Below, in pieces: positions 32,916 through 43,275 of a stretch of 64,000 nt of DNA. Numbering within the stretch: position 1 is the first letter of the stretch; each line of letters begins with the position of its first letter. The position numbers and the translations under genes were made by a program. The notes under the pieces were generated by a model. The model was given only the letters and a program-made list of their open reading frames with translations. It did no database searches and was not told where the DNA came from. Source of the stretch: Salinivirgaceae bacterium (GTDB lineage: Bacteria; Bacteroidota; Bacteroidia; Bacteroidales; SZUA-534); the NCBI GenBank assembly GCA_024405635.1, contig JAKSOL010000008.1, positions 32,001-96,000 on the forward strand. The letters run 5' to 3'.

Positions 32916-33565
32916 TCGTTGACCGTTCCTTTTAAGAAAGGAACAAAAGCACACTTACCAAAATCCTCGCGGCTAAATTCGGTTTTCGATTTACGCACAA
33001 TGCGAATCATGCGTTGCTCGGTGGCATTGCCCACAGGAATAACCATAATGCCGCCAACTGCTAACTGCAACAACAACTGCTGAGGTATTTGCGTTGCTCC
33101 AGCTGTTACCAATATTCGGTCAAATGGAGCTTCAGATGGCACACCATCATACCCATCGCCAAACACAAAATTGGGGGTGTAACCCATTTGCGGCAACAAT
33201 CGGCTAGCCTTTTCATACAACTCACGCTGACGCTCAATGGTGAACACTGTTGCTCCAAGTTCAAGCAATACAGCCGTTTGATAACCCGAACCGGTACCTA
33301 TTTCAAGAACCTTCATGCCAGGTTTTAAGTCAATCAAATGCGACTGAAACGCCACTGTATATGGGTTACTTATTGTTTGGCTTGAACCAATTGGAAACGG
33401 ATTAGACTTGTATGCAAAATTGATGAGCGCACTATCAATAAAAAAATGACGCGGCACCTTACTCATAGCACACAACACCGCAGCATTTGCAATACCATCA
33501 GCTTGTAAACGCTCAATCATCTGACATCGCATTCCCTGCTCACGGGGACCGTCAATCATTAGCAT
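32912..33565 (-). CDS. pcm: Protein-L-isoaspartate O-methyltransferase
   Basis: [30 protein letters not shown]. Confidence 0.93.
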   Translation of the reverse strand: MLMIDGPREQGMRCQMIERLQADGIANAAVLCAMSKVPRHFFIDSALINFAYKSNPFPIGSSQTISNPYTVAFQSHLIDLKPGMKVLEIGTGSGYQTAVLLELGATVFTIERQRELYEKASRLLPQMGYTPNFVFGDGYDGVPSEAPFDRILVTAGATQIPQQLLLQLAVGGIMVIPVGNATEQRMIRIVRKSKTEFSREDFGKCAFVPFLKGTVND

Positions 33566-34770
33566 TGTGCAACTTGCAAATTAGCGTTGTCTATCTTTTG
33601 CTTAGCATAGTCAACCGTAACGGTAAACTCTTTAGTGTCAGCCGATGGAAGGTCAAACATTGCATCTGTCATAATAGCCTCGCAAATTGACCGCAAACCA
33701 CGTGCTCCAAGTTTGTACTCAATAGCTTTGTCAACAATAAATTCAAGCGCAGCCTTATCAAACTTCAGTTTAATATCGTCCATCTTAAATAGCTTGATGT
33801 ATTGCTTAGTAAGTGCATTTTTAGGGTCGGTAAGAATACTACGCAAAGCCTTACGGTCCAATGGCTCAAGATGAGTAAGCACTGGCAAACGTCCAATTAT
33901 TTCTGGAATCAAACCAAAACTCTTTAAGTCGCGCGGAGTAATATATTTCAGCAAATTATTTCGATCAACCTGCTCAGTTTTTTCAGCAGCTGAATAGCCA
34001 ACCGTTTGAGTATTCATACGTTGCGCTATTTTCTTGTCTATTCCATCGAACGCACCACCGCAAATAAACAAAATGTTCTTTGTGTCGATTGAAATCAAAC
34101 GTTGCTCTGGATGCTTGCGTCCACCTTGAGGTGGGACGTTAACAACCGAACCCTCAAGCAATTTCAACAAACCTTGTTGAACACCTTCACCGCTCACATC
34201 GCGTGTTATTGAAGGATTATCGCCCTTGCGAGCAATTTTGTCTATCTCGTCAATAAAAACAATGCCTCGCTCGGCAGCTTCAACATCGTAATCGGCAGCC
34301 TGAAGCAAACGACTTAAAATGCTCTCAATATCCTCGCCCACATAGCCAGCCTCAGTAAGCACTGTTGCATCAACAATAGTAAAAGGAACATTAAGCAATT
34401 TGGCTATTGTTTTGGCCATCAATGTTTTGCCTGTTCCCGTTTCACCAACCATAATAATGTTCGATTTTTCAATCTCAACATCGTCGGCACCTTTTTTTTG
34501 GCTTAAACGTTTGTAGTGATTATAAACAGCAACGGCCAATGCTTTTTTTGCCTCGTCTTGACCAATAATGTACTGATCCATAAACTCCTTTATCTCTTTT
34601 GGTTTTTGCAGATTAAGGTCTTTATTATCTTTTGGTTGAGCAGCCTTTGAGTTTTCTTTTACAATCTCGTAAGCTTGCTCAATGCAATCGCTACAAATAA
34701 AGCCACTAATACCCGAAACCAATAGATAGGCATCTTTTCGTGGACGTCCGCAAAATGAACATTTATCCAT
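33559..34770 (-). CDS. clpX: ATP-dependent Clp protease ATPase ClpX
   Basis: CSFC...IC..C zinc finger, [29 protein letters not shown]. Confidence 0.97.
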   Translation of the reverse strand: MDKCSFCGRPRKDAYLLVSGISGFICSDCIEQAYEIVKENSKAAQPKDNKDLNLQKPKEIKEFMDQYIIGQDEAKKALAVAVYNHYKRLSQKKGADDVEIEKSNIIMVGETGTGKTLMAKTIAKLLNVPFTIVDATVLTEAGYVGEDIESILSRLLQAADYDVEAAERGIVFIDEIDKIARKGDNPSITRDVSGEGVQQGLLKLLEGSVVNVPPQGGRKHPEQRLISIDTKNILFICGGAFDGIDKKIAQRMNTQTVGYSAAEKTEQVDRNNLLKYITPRDLKSFGLIPEIIGRLPVLTHLEPLDRKALRSILTDPKNALTKQYIKLFKMDDIKLKFDKAALEFIVDKAIEYKLGARGLRSICEAIMTDAMFDLPSADTKEFTVTVDYAKQKIDNANLQVAQC

Positions 34771-34852
34771 ACCGTTAGTTTATTATTAAAAAAGGCAGAT
34801 CCCAATCCGATTCAGACCGAAATCCACCTTTTTATATTGGACAATAGAAAAT

Positions 34853-35539
34853 TTACTTTTTCTTACTCTCAAGCACTTCGTCAATCATACCATATTCCAA
34901 CGCCTCTTGTGAGGTCATCCAGTAATCGCGGTCAGCATCTTTCTTAATGCGTTCAATATCGTTACCTGTATGATTAGCAATAATGGTATACAAATCGTCA
35001 CGAAGTTTAAAAATCTCGCGAGCAGTAATCTCAATCTCGGTTGCTTGACCTTGAACTCCACCCATAGGCTGGTGAATCATGATGCGCGAGTGTGGCAATG
35101 CAACACGCTTTCCCTTTTGACCGGCACACATTAGCACAGCTGCCATTGACGCAGCCATACCAGTACAAGTTGTACCAACTTCGGGAGTAATAATCTGCAT
35201 TGTGTCGTATATTCCTAACCCAGAATAAACCTCGCCGCCAGGTGAATTAAGGTACATTGAAATGTCCTTAGTATTGTCAACCGACTGTAAAAACAGCAAT
35301 TGAGCTTGAACAATGTTAGCCACGTCGCTATCAATTGGAACACCAAGAAATATAATACGGTCCATCATTAAGCGCGACATAACGTCCATTTGAGCAACGT
35401 TAAGCTGGCGCTCCTCAATAATATTGGGAGTGATGTAGTTGTCAAGCATTGACGCATAGCGATGATAAGTCATACTATTGATGCCAGCATGCTTGGTAGC
35501 ATATTTCTTAAATTCGTCCTGAGGGAAGAACATGGCCAA
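34853..35539 (-). CDS. clpP: Clp protease proteolytic subunit
   Basis: YLNSPGG, GMAASM, MIHQP, DRDYW. Confidence 0.97.
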   Translation of the reverse strand: MAMFFPQDEFKKYATKHAGINSMTYHRYASMLDNYITPNIIEERQLNVAQMDVMSRLMMDRIIFLGVPIDSDVANIVQAQLLFLQSVDNTKDISMYLNSPGGEVYSGLGIYDTMQIITPEVGTTCTGMAASMAAVLMCAGQKGKRVALPHSRIMIHQPMGGVQGQATEIEITAREIFKLRDDLYTIIANHTGNDIERIKKDADRDYWMTSQEALEYGMIDEVLESKKK

Positions 35540-35552
35540 AACTATTTTTTAA

Positions 35553-36896
35553 TTATTTGAAAAGTTCGTTGAACTCTTGAGTTGAAACCTCTTTCTCTTC
35601 AATTTTAACTGCTTCTTTAATCACAGCCAAAACTTTTTTCTCCATGCTACGTTCAGCAAAGTTGCGACGGTCTTCCTCTTTGCTCAATTGCGATTTAGCA
35701 AATTCGGTAAGTTGCTCGTCTGGCAACGATGCAAAACCATATTGACGGAATTGTGCAGAAAGAGCCTCTTTTGCTTCAGCAAGCAAATCGTCTTCAGCTA
35801 CTGTAAGTTTGTTTTCTTCAGCAACTTGAGTTTTAATCAATTGCCACGAAAACTCTTTAGCCATGTTATCGTAGTCTTTTTCAACTTGCTCAGCGGTAAT
35901 GTTGTCGTTAGCAGCAACAACCCAACGTTTCAAGAATGCATCAGGAAGAGCGATTTTGCATTTCTCCAACATTTTCTCTTTAGCGTCGATGCCAAATTTG
36001 AAATCGCTTTGCAAAGCCAATTCAGCTTTAAAATCTTCAGCAATGCGAGCTTTGTACTCGTCAAGCGATTTTACAGCGCCTTCGCCGTAAACTTTGTCAA
36101 ACAATTCTTGGTTAGCCTCAGCCATGATGTGGCGGGTAATACCTTTAATTGTAAGACGGAACATGCCAGTAGCTTTTTTGTTTTCGCCACTGATGCGCAA
36201 CATACTTGAGCGATCGGTTTCGTTTTCAAAAGCTTTTTCAATATCAACATCAATGCTAGCGCCTTTTGCTGCACCAATGATTAACGATTTAGCATCAGCA
36301 CCGATGCGGTCAGTTGCGAACATTGTGTCCTCAACTTTAATACCATCAGCAACCACGTTGCCAGCCTCGTCTAATTGAGCGAAGTCGGCCTTAACAAGGT
36401 CTTTTTCAGCAACTGCATCAGCTTCTTCAGAACGGCCGTAACGATAAGAGTTGCTCTCCATCATTGAGTTAACCATCTCGTCGTTAACTGCTATATTGTA
36501 GTAGTTGATTTTCATTTTTTTGCTCAAACCAAGTTCGAATTTTGGTTTAAGACCAAGATCAAAGTTGAAAGAGAATTCTTCTTTGTTGTCAACATCAACA
36601 TCAGAAGGATTTGAAAGGCTTGGCAATGGTTCGCCAAGAATATCAAGGTTTTCTGTTTTGATGTATTCCATAAGGTTGCGGTAAACGATACGGTTCAACT
36701 CATCAAGCAAAGCCGATTTTCCGTAAAGTTTCTTTACCATACCCATTGGAGCATTGCCTGGGCGGAAACCTCTAATAGCAGCTTTTTTGCGATAATCTTT
36801 AAGTGATTTCTCAACAGCCTCAGCGTAGTCGTCTTTCACAATATTGATTTTCACTACTGCATTCAGCTCATCAACATTTTCTCTTGTAATGTTCAT
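35553..36896 (-). CDS. tig: Trigger factor
   Basis: GFRPG signature; tig-clpP-clpX order. Confidence 0.92.
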   Translation of the reverse strand: MNITRENVDELNAVVKINIVKDDYAEAVEKSLKDYRKKAAIRGFRPGNAPMGMVKKLYGKSALLDELNRIVYRNLMEYIKTENLDILGEPLPSLSNPSDVDVDNKEEFSFNFDLGLKPKFELGLSKKMKINYYNIAVNDEMVNSMMESNSYRYGRSEEADAVAEKDLVKADFAQLDEAGNVVADGIKVEDTMFATDRIGADAKSLIIGAAKGASIDVDIEKAFENETDRSSMLRISGENKKATGMFRLTIKGITRHIMAEANQELFDKVYGEGAVKSLDEYKARIAEDFKAELALQSDFKFGIDAKEKMLEKCKIALPDAFLKRWVVAANDNITAEQVEKDYDNMAKEFSWQLIKTQVAEENKLTVAEDDLLAEAKEALSAQFRQYGFASLPDEQLTEFAKSQLSKEEDRRNFAERSMEKKVLAVIKEAVKIEEKEVSTQEFNELFK

Positions 36897-36923
36897 TTTT
36901 ACTCGATTTTGAGTTTGATAATT

Positions 36924-36959
36924 AAAAAAAGCCGCCAACTGGTTTCCCAAATGGCGGCT
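36924..36959 (-). terminator. Terminator after tRNA-Leu
   Basis: AGCCGCCA...TGGCGGCT plus T-tract on the minus strand. Confidence 0.7.
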
Positions 36960-36969
36960 AATAAAGTTG

Positions 36970-37051
36970 TGCGGATGAAGGGACTCGAACCCCCACGCCT
37001 CACGGCACTAGATCCTAAGTCTAGCGCGGCTACCAATTACGCCACACCCGC
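36970..37051 (-). tRNA. tRNA-Leu(TAG)
   Basis: GCGGGTGTGGCGTAATTGGTAGCCGC...CTTAGGA...long variable arm...GGTTCGAGTCC...CCGCA. Confidence 0.95.
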
Positions 37052-37068
37052 TTTTCTTTTAGGCGGTG

Positions 37069-37076
37069 CAAATGTA
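37069..37076 (-). promoter_or_regulatory. Bacteroidota sigma-A -7 box (TACATTTG) of tRNA-Leu
   Basis: Matches TAnnTTTG 18 bp upstream of the tRNA. Confidence 0.65.
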
Positions 37077-37319
37077 CCGCTATTTTTTATTTGTGCAACT
37101 ACATTTTTCAAAAAAAGTATTTTTATGTTTATTTAATTGTGTATCAGCATATTATTTTTTTCATTTTATTTCTTTTACTTCATTTTGTTCAAAACAGCAC
37201 TATAAAATAGCATAATTAGAGGTGTATTTGTCGCAAACGGCCACATTTGCAGGCCATTATTCTGTTGTATAGCAAATAGATTTTTACTTTTGTGGATAAT
37301 TGCCCACATTATTAACTTC

Positions 37320-38504
37320 ATGAAAAACAACACTTTAAAACCAAACGAAGGTCTTTCGGTTGGATTATTAGCATCGCTTGCCGTTATTGCAGGCGTGTCG
37401 GTGGCCAACCTTTATTATTGCCAACCTCTTCTCAATTTAATAAGCAAGGATACGGGATTGTCCGAATTTCAAATAAACTTAATGCCTGTTTTTACACAAA
37501 TTGGGTATGCTCTTGGTTTGCTTTTCATTATACCGATGGGCGATTTGTACAACCGCCGCACAACAATTCTTACATGCTTTGGGGTATTGGTTTGCTCGCT
37601 TCTTACCATTGCATTATCGAGTAGTTTAACATTATTGCTTGCATCAAGTTTTGTAACTGGATTTTTTTCGGTAGCTCCACAGGTGCTCATTCCGTTTGTT
37701 TCGCAGTTTTCGCGACCCGATGAAAAAGATCGCAAAACAGGGCTCATTCTTTCTGGTTTGTTAGTTGGCATATTAGGTTCGCGAGTGGTGAGTGGCTACA
37801 TTGGCGACTGGCTTGGGTGGCGCGCTATGTACCAAATTGCGGCTGTTATGATTGCCGTTGCCGCTGTTGTAATACTTAAAGTGTTTCCGTATGTTGAACC
37901 TACATTTAGCGGAAAGTTCACAAAATTGATGTTGTCAATTGCACAATTAGTCAAGAATAATCCAAAGGCTATAACATATTCGGTTCGGTCGGCTTTAATA
38001 TTTGGTGCAATGCTTGGAATGTGGGCATGTCTTGCTTTTCGAATGAAAGAGGCTCCTTTTTATGATAGCAGCGACACTATAGGCATGCTTGGATTATGCG
38101 GCATTGCTGGCGCTCTTACTGCATCTGGAGTGGGAAAGTTTATTCCGCGACATGGTGTTGAAAGAATAAACAACATTGGTGTGGCTCTTGTGGCTTTAGC
38201 TTGGGTTGTTTTGGGTTTGCTACAAAATAGTTACGTTGGCATTATTTTGGGTGTGATTATTATTGATATTGGAATGCAATGCGTGCAATTGAGCAACCAA
38301 AGCGCCACAATGAAACTTTGTCCATCGGCTCCAAGCCGAATGAATACCATATATATGGTAACTTATTTTATAGGTGGCTCGCTTGGAACATTTGTTGCTG
38401 GCTCAATGTGGGCGGCTTTTGGTTGGTACGGCGCCGTATGCTCTGGACTTGGAATGACATTTCTTTCGGTTTTGTTTTCTATTGTTATGCATAGTAAGCA
38501 CTAA
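37320..38504 (+). CDS. MFS transporter
   Basis: VANLYYCQPLL, QIGYALG, GWRA, SRMNTIYM motifs; about 12 TM segments. Confidence 0.9.
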   Translation: MKNNTLKPNEGLSVGLLASLAVIAGVSVANLYYCQPLLNLISKDTGLSEFQINLMPVFTQIGYALGLLFIIPMGDLYNRRTTILTCFGVLVCSLLTIALSSSLTLLLASSFVTGFFSVAPQVLIPFVSQFSRPDEKDRKTGLILSGLLVGILGSRVVSGYIGDWLGWRAMYQIAAVMIAVAAVVILKVFPYVEPTFSGKFTKLMLSIAQLVKNNPKAITYSVRSALIFGAMLGMWACLAFRMKEAPFYDSSDTIGMLGLCGIAGALTASGVGKFIPRHGVERINNIGVALVALAWVVLGLLQNSYVGIILGVIIIDIGMQCVQLSNQSATMKLCPSAPSRMNTIYMVTYFIGGSLGTFVAGSMWAAFGWYGAVCSGLGMTFLSVLFSIVMHSKH

Positions 38505-38578
38505 TTTGTTTTGCATATAATTTGCACCGTTTTGTTAAACAAGATTAATAAGTAAATAACCAAACTTTGATATAAAAT

Positions 38579-39469
38579 ATGCCAACCATTCTTACCAAAA
38601 TCCTCCCAGTAGTTTTAGTTCTAATTATTGGTGTTGTGTGCCGCAAAAAGGGTTTTATAAACGAAACGCGCACACAAACATTAAAAGATGTAGCGGTAAA
38701 CATAACATTACCTTTTGTGTTGCTATCTGTTTTTGGTAGTACAGAGTTTTCGGCATCTAACATATTAATTCCAAGTGTATCATTTTTGGCTTGTATAGTA
38801 GCACTTGCCCTTGGCTTTGTATTATTCAAACTAATGAAGTTGCAGGGTACGATATTGCCTTATCTCACATCGGGATTTGAGGCGGGAATGTTGGGGTATG
38901 CGCTATTTGCCATACTACAAGGCGGCAACAAACTCTCGTCGTTTGCGCTTATTGACCTTGGTCAAGTTACATTTGTATTTACAGTTTACCGAATGCTAAT
39001 AAGCGGCAATCGCAATGCAAAAGATATTATTCTGAACATTATTAACACTCCTGTAATATGGGGAATGACCACTGGCATATTGTTGAGTACCACAGGATTA
39101 TACACCCAATTTAGTGACTACATTGAGTCAATTTGCAGTTTTGCATCGGCCCCAACTGGCACAATAATATTATTGTGCATAGGCAGCGATTTAGCTTCGC
39201 AAAAGGTTAGCTTACGCAAAGCACTTGCGCCTGTAGCGCTACGAATTTTTGTTCTTTCAGTAGTTTTTGCACTAGTTTACTACACCGATATGCTACTTGG
39301 CATAGGTATTAATCATCAAGCTCTGTTGCTAATGTTTGCGCTACCTGCGCCATTTGTGTTACCCATTTTTGCCACCGCAGCCAACGAACGCGCCGACGTT
39401 GCTTCGGCTTTGTCAATTCAAACAATTATAACTCTAATTATTTTTGGGCTAATGGCTATTAATATCTAA
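38579..39469 (+). CDS. AEC (auxin efflux carrier-like) family transporter
   Basis: NITLP, GMLGY, LPAP and two-repeat TM pattern. Confidence 0.7.
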   Translation: MPTILTKILPVVLVLIIGVVCRKKGFINETRTQTLKDVAVNITLPFVLLSVFGSTEFSASNILIPSVSFLACIVALALGFVLFKLMKLQGTILPYLTSGFEAGMLGYALFAILQGGNKLSSFALIDLGQVTFVFTVYRMLISGNRNAKDIILNIINTPVIWGMTTGILLSTTGLYTQFSDYIESICSFASAPTGTIILLCIGSDLASQKVSLRKALAPVALRIFVLSVVFALVYYTDMLLGIGINHQALLLMFALPAPFVLPIFATAANERADVASALSIQTIITLIIFGLMAINI

Positions 39470-39818
39470 ATATCCTGTTTTGAAATACTGAAATGTAACT
39501 TTCGATGGATTGCCGGCTATCGATACATTCATCTATTTATAGAGATAATATATGTCGGCAAAACGGTTGCTTTCTTTATTATTTATAGATCGTTTTTAAT
39601 TCCTTTCATACACCTCATTTTTCCATTATAGAAACTTATTCTACAACAAACGGGTGCATTGAGGTTTTTGTTTGCACATTTTCTGCGAAAATTTATACAC
39701 GTAGAATTGTGTTCTTTGTTTTTAGTTTTACATAGAGCAACATTCTGTACAGCTATATATTTGCATCGTCAAAAACGAAACAATAACAACTAAAAATAAA
39801 AAACAGGAGGTATTAACT

Positions 39819-41105
39819 ATGAGTACACAAAAATTACACTTTGAGACACTTCAACTTCACGTAGGACAAGAGCAAGCTGACCCAACAACCGATTCGCGTG
39901 CAGTTCCAATTTACCAAACCACCTCATACGTTTTCCACAATTCGCAACATGCAGCCGACCGCTTTGGTTTGCGCGATGCTGGTAACATTTACGGCCGTTT
40001 GACAAACACTACTCAAGGTGTGTTTGAAGACCGAGTGGCAGCACTTGAAGGCGGTGTAGCTGGACTTGCCGTAGCCAGTGGCGCTGCTGCAATAACCTAC
40101 GCCATTGAAAATATTACCCGTAGTGGTGACCACATTGTGGCTGCAAACAACATTTACGGCGGTTCGTACAACTTACTTGCCCACACATTGAGCGTTTATG
40201 GTGTTGAAACAACTTTTGTTGACCCTTCAGACTTGAACAACTTCCGCAACGCTGTTAAACCAAACACTAAGGCTCTTTACATCGAAACATTTGGCAATCC
40301 AAACGCTAGCCTTATCGACATTGATGCTGTTGCTCAAATAGCACACGAAAACCAAATCCCTCTTATTGTTGACAACACATTTGGCACTCCTTACCTAATT
40401 CGACCAATTGAACATGGTGCCGATATTGTAGTTCACTCTGCTACCAAATTTTTAGGTGGACACGGCACTTCGCTTGGCGGTGTGATTGTTGACGGTGGAA
40501 AATTTGATTGGAAAGCCTCAGGCAAATTCCCTCAACTTAGCCAACCCGACCCAAGCTACCACGGCATTGTTTTTGCCGATGCTGTTGGCGCCGCCGCTTA
40601 CGTTACTCGCATTCGCGCCATTCTTCTTCGCGACACTGGTGCTGCCATCTCTCCTTTCAACGCATTCATTTTGTTGCAAGGTGTTGAAACTCTATCGCTT
40701 CGCATCGAACGCCATGTTGAAAACACAATTAAGGTTATCGACTATTTGAGCAAAAATCCTAAAGTGAAGAAAATTAATCACCCATCGTTGCCTTCGCACC
40801 CTGACCACGAGTTGTATAAAAAGTACTTTCCAAATGGTGCTGGATCAATTTTCACCTTTGAGATTAACGGCGGACAAGAAGAGGCCTTCCGCTTTATCGA
40901 CAACTTGAAAATATTCTCGTTACTAGCAAACGTTGCCGATGTAAAATCGCTTGTTATTCACCCAGCAACAACCACTCACTCACAATTGAGCCCCGCTGAA
41001 CTTGAAGAGCAAGGCATTTACCAAGGCACCATACGCTTGAGCATCGGTACCGAGCACATCGACGACATTATAGCCGACCTTGACCAAGCTTTTGCTAAAA
41101 TTTAA
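39819..41105 (+). CDS. metY: O-acetylhomoserine aminocarboxypropyltransferase/cysteine synthase
   Basis: PIYQTTSY, HSATKF (PLP Lys), LANVAD, HPATTTH. Confidence 0.92.
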   Translation: MSTQKLHFETLQLHVGQEQADPTTDSRAVPIYQTTSYVFHNSQHAADRFGLRDAGNIYGRLTNTTQGVFEDRVAALEGGVAGLAVASGAAAITYAIENITRSGDHIVAANNIYGGSYNLLAHTLSVYGVETTFVDPSDLNNFRNAVKPNTKALYIETFGNPNASLIDIDAVAQIAHENQIPLIVDNTFGTPYLIRPIEHGADIVVHSATKFLGGHGTSLGGVIVDGGKFDWKASGKFPQLSQPDPSYHGIVFADAVGAAAYVTRIRAILLRDTGAAISPFNAFILLQGVETLSLRIERHVENTIKVIDYLSKNPKVKKINHPSLPSHPDHELYKKYFPNGAGSIFTFEINGGQEEAFRFIDNLKIFSLLANVADVKSLVIHPATTTHSQLSPAELEEQGIYQGTIRLSIGTEHIDDIIADLDQAFAKI

Positions 41106-41133
41106 TTCGCAACCACTAAAACATCTTACTACT

Positions 41134-41601
41134 ATGGCACACATAACAACATGGAACAAAAAATACGGCAAAGACTTTGAAAGCCTAAACCGCGAATGGA
41201 TTGAAACCTTTTTTGGTGCCAACACCATTGAACCTATTGACAACGCAGTGCTTACCGACACTCAAAAAACAGTGATTGACAAAGGTGGACAAGTGTTTTT
41301 TGCAGTTGAAAACGAAAAAGTTTTAGGTTGTTGTGCGCTAATTAACCACGGCCAACTCAAGTACGAAATATCAAAACTTGCAGTTTCGCCCGCAGCCCAA
41401 GGCAAAGGCATTGCAAGCGCTCTGTTTGACGAGATTTTAGAGTATTCAAAAAAAATAAACGCAAAAAAATTGATCATTGAATCGAACACCAAACTAAAGC
41501 CTGCAATACATTTGTATCAAAAATATGGGTTTGAAAAAGTTGACAACTTTACATCGACGTACAAACGAGTTGATATTTATTTTGAAAAAACACTAAACTA
41601 A
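41134..41601 (+). CDS. GNAT N-acetyltransferase
   Basis: LNREWI, KLAV...QGKGIA, AIHLYQKYGF. Confidence 0.85.
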   Translation: MAHITTWNKKYGKDFESLNREWIETFFGANTIEPIDNAVLTDTQKTVIDKGGQVFFAVENEKVLGCCALINHGQLKYEISKLAVSPAAQGKGIASALFDEILEYSKKINAKKLIIESNTKLKPAIHLYQKYGFEKVDNFTSTYKRVDIYFEKTLN

Positions 41602-41608
41602 AAATACT

Positions 41609-42538
41609 ATGGCACAGATATTTAAATCAGCAGATGAGTTAATTGGAAAAACTCCATTATTAGAATTCTCTCATATTGAAAAAGAACTTAACCTAAAAGC
41701 AAACATAATTGCCAAAGTTGAATACTTTAACCCAGGAGGAAGCGTAAAAGACCGCGTGGCAAAAAACATTATTGACAAAGCCGAGCGCGAGGGAAAATTA
41801 AACAAAAACAGCGTGATAATTGAGCCCACATCGGGCAACACAGGCATTGGTTTAGCTTTGGTTGGCGCAGCTCGCGGCTACCGCGTAATAATTGTAATGC
41901 CCGACACCATGAGCGTTGAGCGTCGTACACTAATGACCGCTTACGGTGCCGAACTTGTTTTAAGCGAAGGCGCAAAAGGCATGAAAGGTGCAATAGCAAA
42001 AGCCGAAGAATTGGCCGCTCAAATTCCTAACAGCCTTATTGCTGGTCAGTTTGTAAACCCAGCCAACCCTGAAATTCACAAACTAACAACTGGTCCTGAA
42101 ATTTGGCAAGACACCGACGGCAATGTTGACATTTTTGTAGCTGGAGTTGGAACAGGAGGAACCATAACCGGAATTGGAGAATTTTTGAAATCGAAAAATC
42201 CAAATGTAAAAGTTGTAGCTGTTGAGCCCGAAACCTCGCCAGTATTGAGCAAAGGAACTGCAGGAGCCCACAAAATTCAAGGCATTGGTGCCGGTTTTGT
42301 TCCCGATGTGTTGAACACCAAAATTTACGACGAAATTATTACCGTAGCCAACGAAGACGCATTTGCAACTGGCAAACTAATTGGCAAAAAAGAAGGCATT
42401 TTGGTTGGAATTTCGGCAGGCGCTGCAACTTGGGCCGCCATTGAACTTGCCAAACGCCCTGAAAATGCAGGCAAAAACATTGTAGTGTTGTTGCCCGATA
42501 GCGGCGACCGTTACTTAAGCACACCTTTATTTAGTTAA
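41609..42538 (+). CDS. cysK: Cysteine synthase A
   Basis: NPGGSVKDR, EPTSGNTG, GVGTGGT, HKIQGIG, DSGDRYLST. Confidence 0.96.
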   Translation: MAQIFKSADELIGKTPLLEFSHIEKELNLKANIIAKVEYFNPGGSVKDRVAKNIIDKAEREGKLNKNSVIIEPTSGNTGIGLALVGAARGYRVIIVMPDTMSVERRTLMTAYGAELVLSEGAKGMKGAIAKAEELAAQIPNSLIAGQFVNPANPEIHKLTTGPEIWQDTDGNVDIFVAGVGTGGTITGIGEFLKSKNPNVKVVAVEPETSPVLSKGTAGAHKIQGIGAGFVPDVLNTKIYDEIITVANEDAFATGKLIGKKEGILVGISAGAATWAAIELAKRPENAGKNIVVLLPDSGDRYLSTPLFS

Positions 42539-42560
42539 TACACGTTTTTTTATTTCTATG

Positions 42561-42591
42561 GCCGCCTTCGCTTTATGAGGGCGGCTTTTTT
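42561..42591 (+). terminator. Terminator after cysK
   Basis: GCCGCCTTC...GAGGGCGGC plus T-tract. Confidence 0.8.
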
Positions 42592-42923
42592 ATTTCTTCT
42601 CCTCAAATCATTAGCAAGTAAAACCTATCTGAAAAAAGGCGAAAGTTGATTAAGAAAATTGCACATATTACTTGAACCTGCAACAATAGCCAACAAAAAA
42701 TCGATACAATTCACAAGCACATATTTGTCGGCAAAACAAAACCATTTTGCAAGTACAAACTCCCAACCCAACCACTTTCATGCGCAGCTAAATATTATGT
42801 AGCACAAAATGTTGCAACATATTGTAAATGTTACCAAAAAATCGGGATATTTGCACGCCCATCACACATAGCATTATGCGCATAGAAAAAAGGTGTGATT
42901 AAGAAATTTTGACAATAAACAAT

Positions 42924-43232
42924 ATGGCTGATAACAACAAGAAACTATTGCCTCACGAGTGTACCAACATAACCGAAGTGAGAGAAGGAATTGACAATAT
43001 CGACAGAGATATAATCAAACTTCTTTCGGACCGATTTGGTTACGTGCGCGAGGTGGTTAAATACAAAGAGCAAACCTCAGCAGGAATTGAAGCCACAGAC
43101 AGACGCGCGGCAGTAATATCATCCCGATGCAAATGGGCCGAAGAGGCAGGTCTGAATCCCGATGTCATTGAAAAAGTATATAACACTCTGATTGAGTACT
43201 TTATAGTAGAAGAAAAGAAGTTAATGCATTAA
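42924..43232 (+). CDS. AroQ-class chorismate mutase / isochorismate-pyruvate lyase (PchB-like)
   Basis: P.EC....EVR..ID.ID..II.L...R; WAEEAGL. Confidence 0.8.
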   Translation: MADNNKKLLPHECTNITEVREGIDNIDRDIIKLLSDRFGYVREVVKYKEQTSAGIEATDRRAAVISSRCKWAEEAGLNPDVIEKVYNTLIEYFIVEEKKLMH

Positions 43233-43275
43233 TGCTGATGCAAAAACAAAGCAACAAAATGAACTAAAAATTAAT

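Noticed and set aside
27125-37051. tRNA-Arg or tRNA-Leu as island attachment sites
   Set aside because: Core genes lie at both 3' ends, and no duplicated tRNA 3' end or integrase was noticed
37320-38504. G/T-rich plus strand suggesting an inversion
   Set aside because: Explained by hydrophobic Gly/Val/Leu/Phe codons of a membrane protein
39470-39818. SAM or T-box riboswitch upstream of metY
   Set aside because: No SAM-I, SAM-II or T-box consensus seen, and the promoter box is only about 55 nt from the ATG
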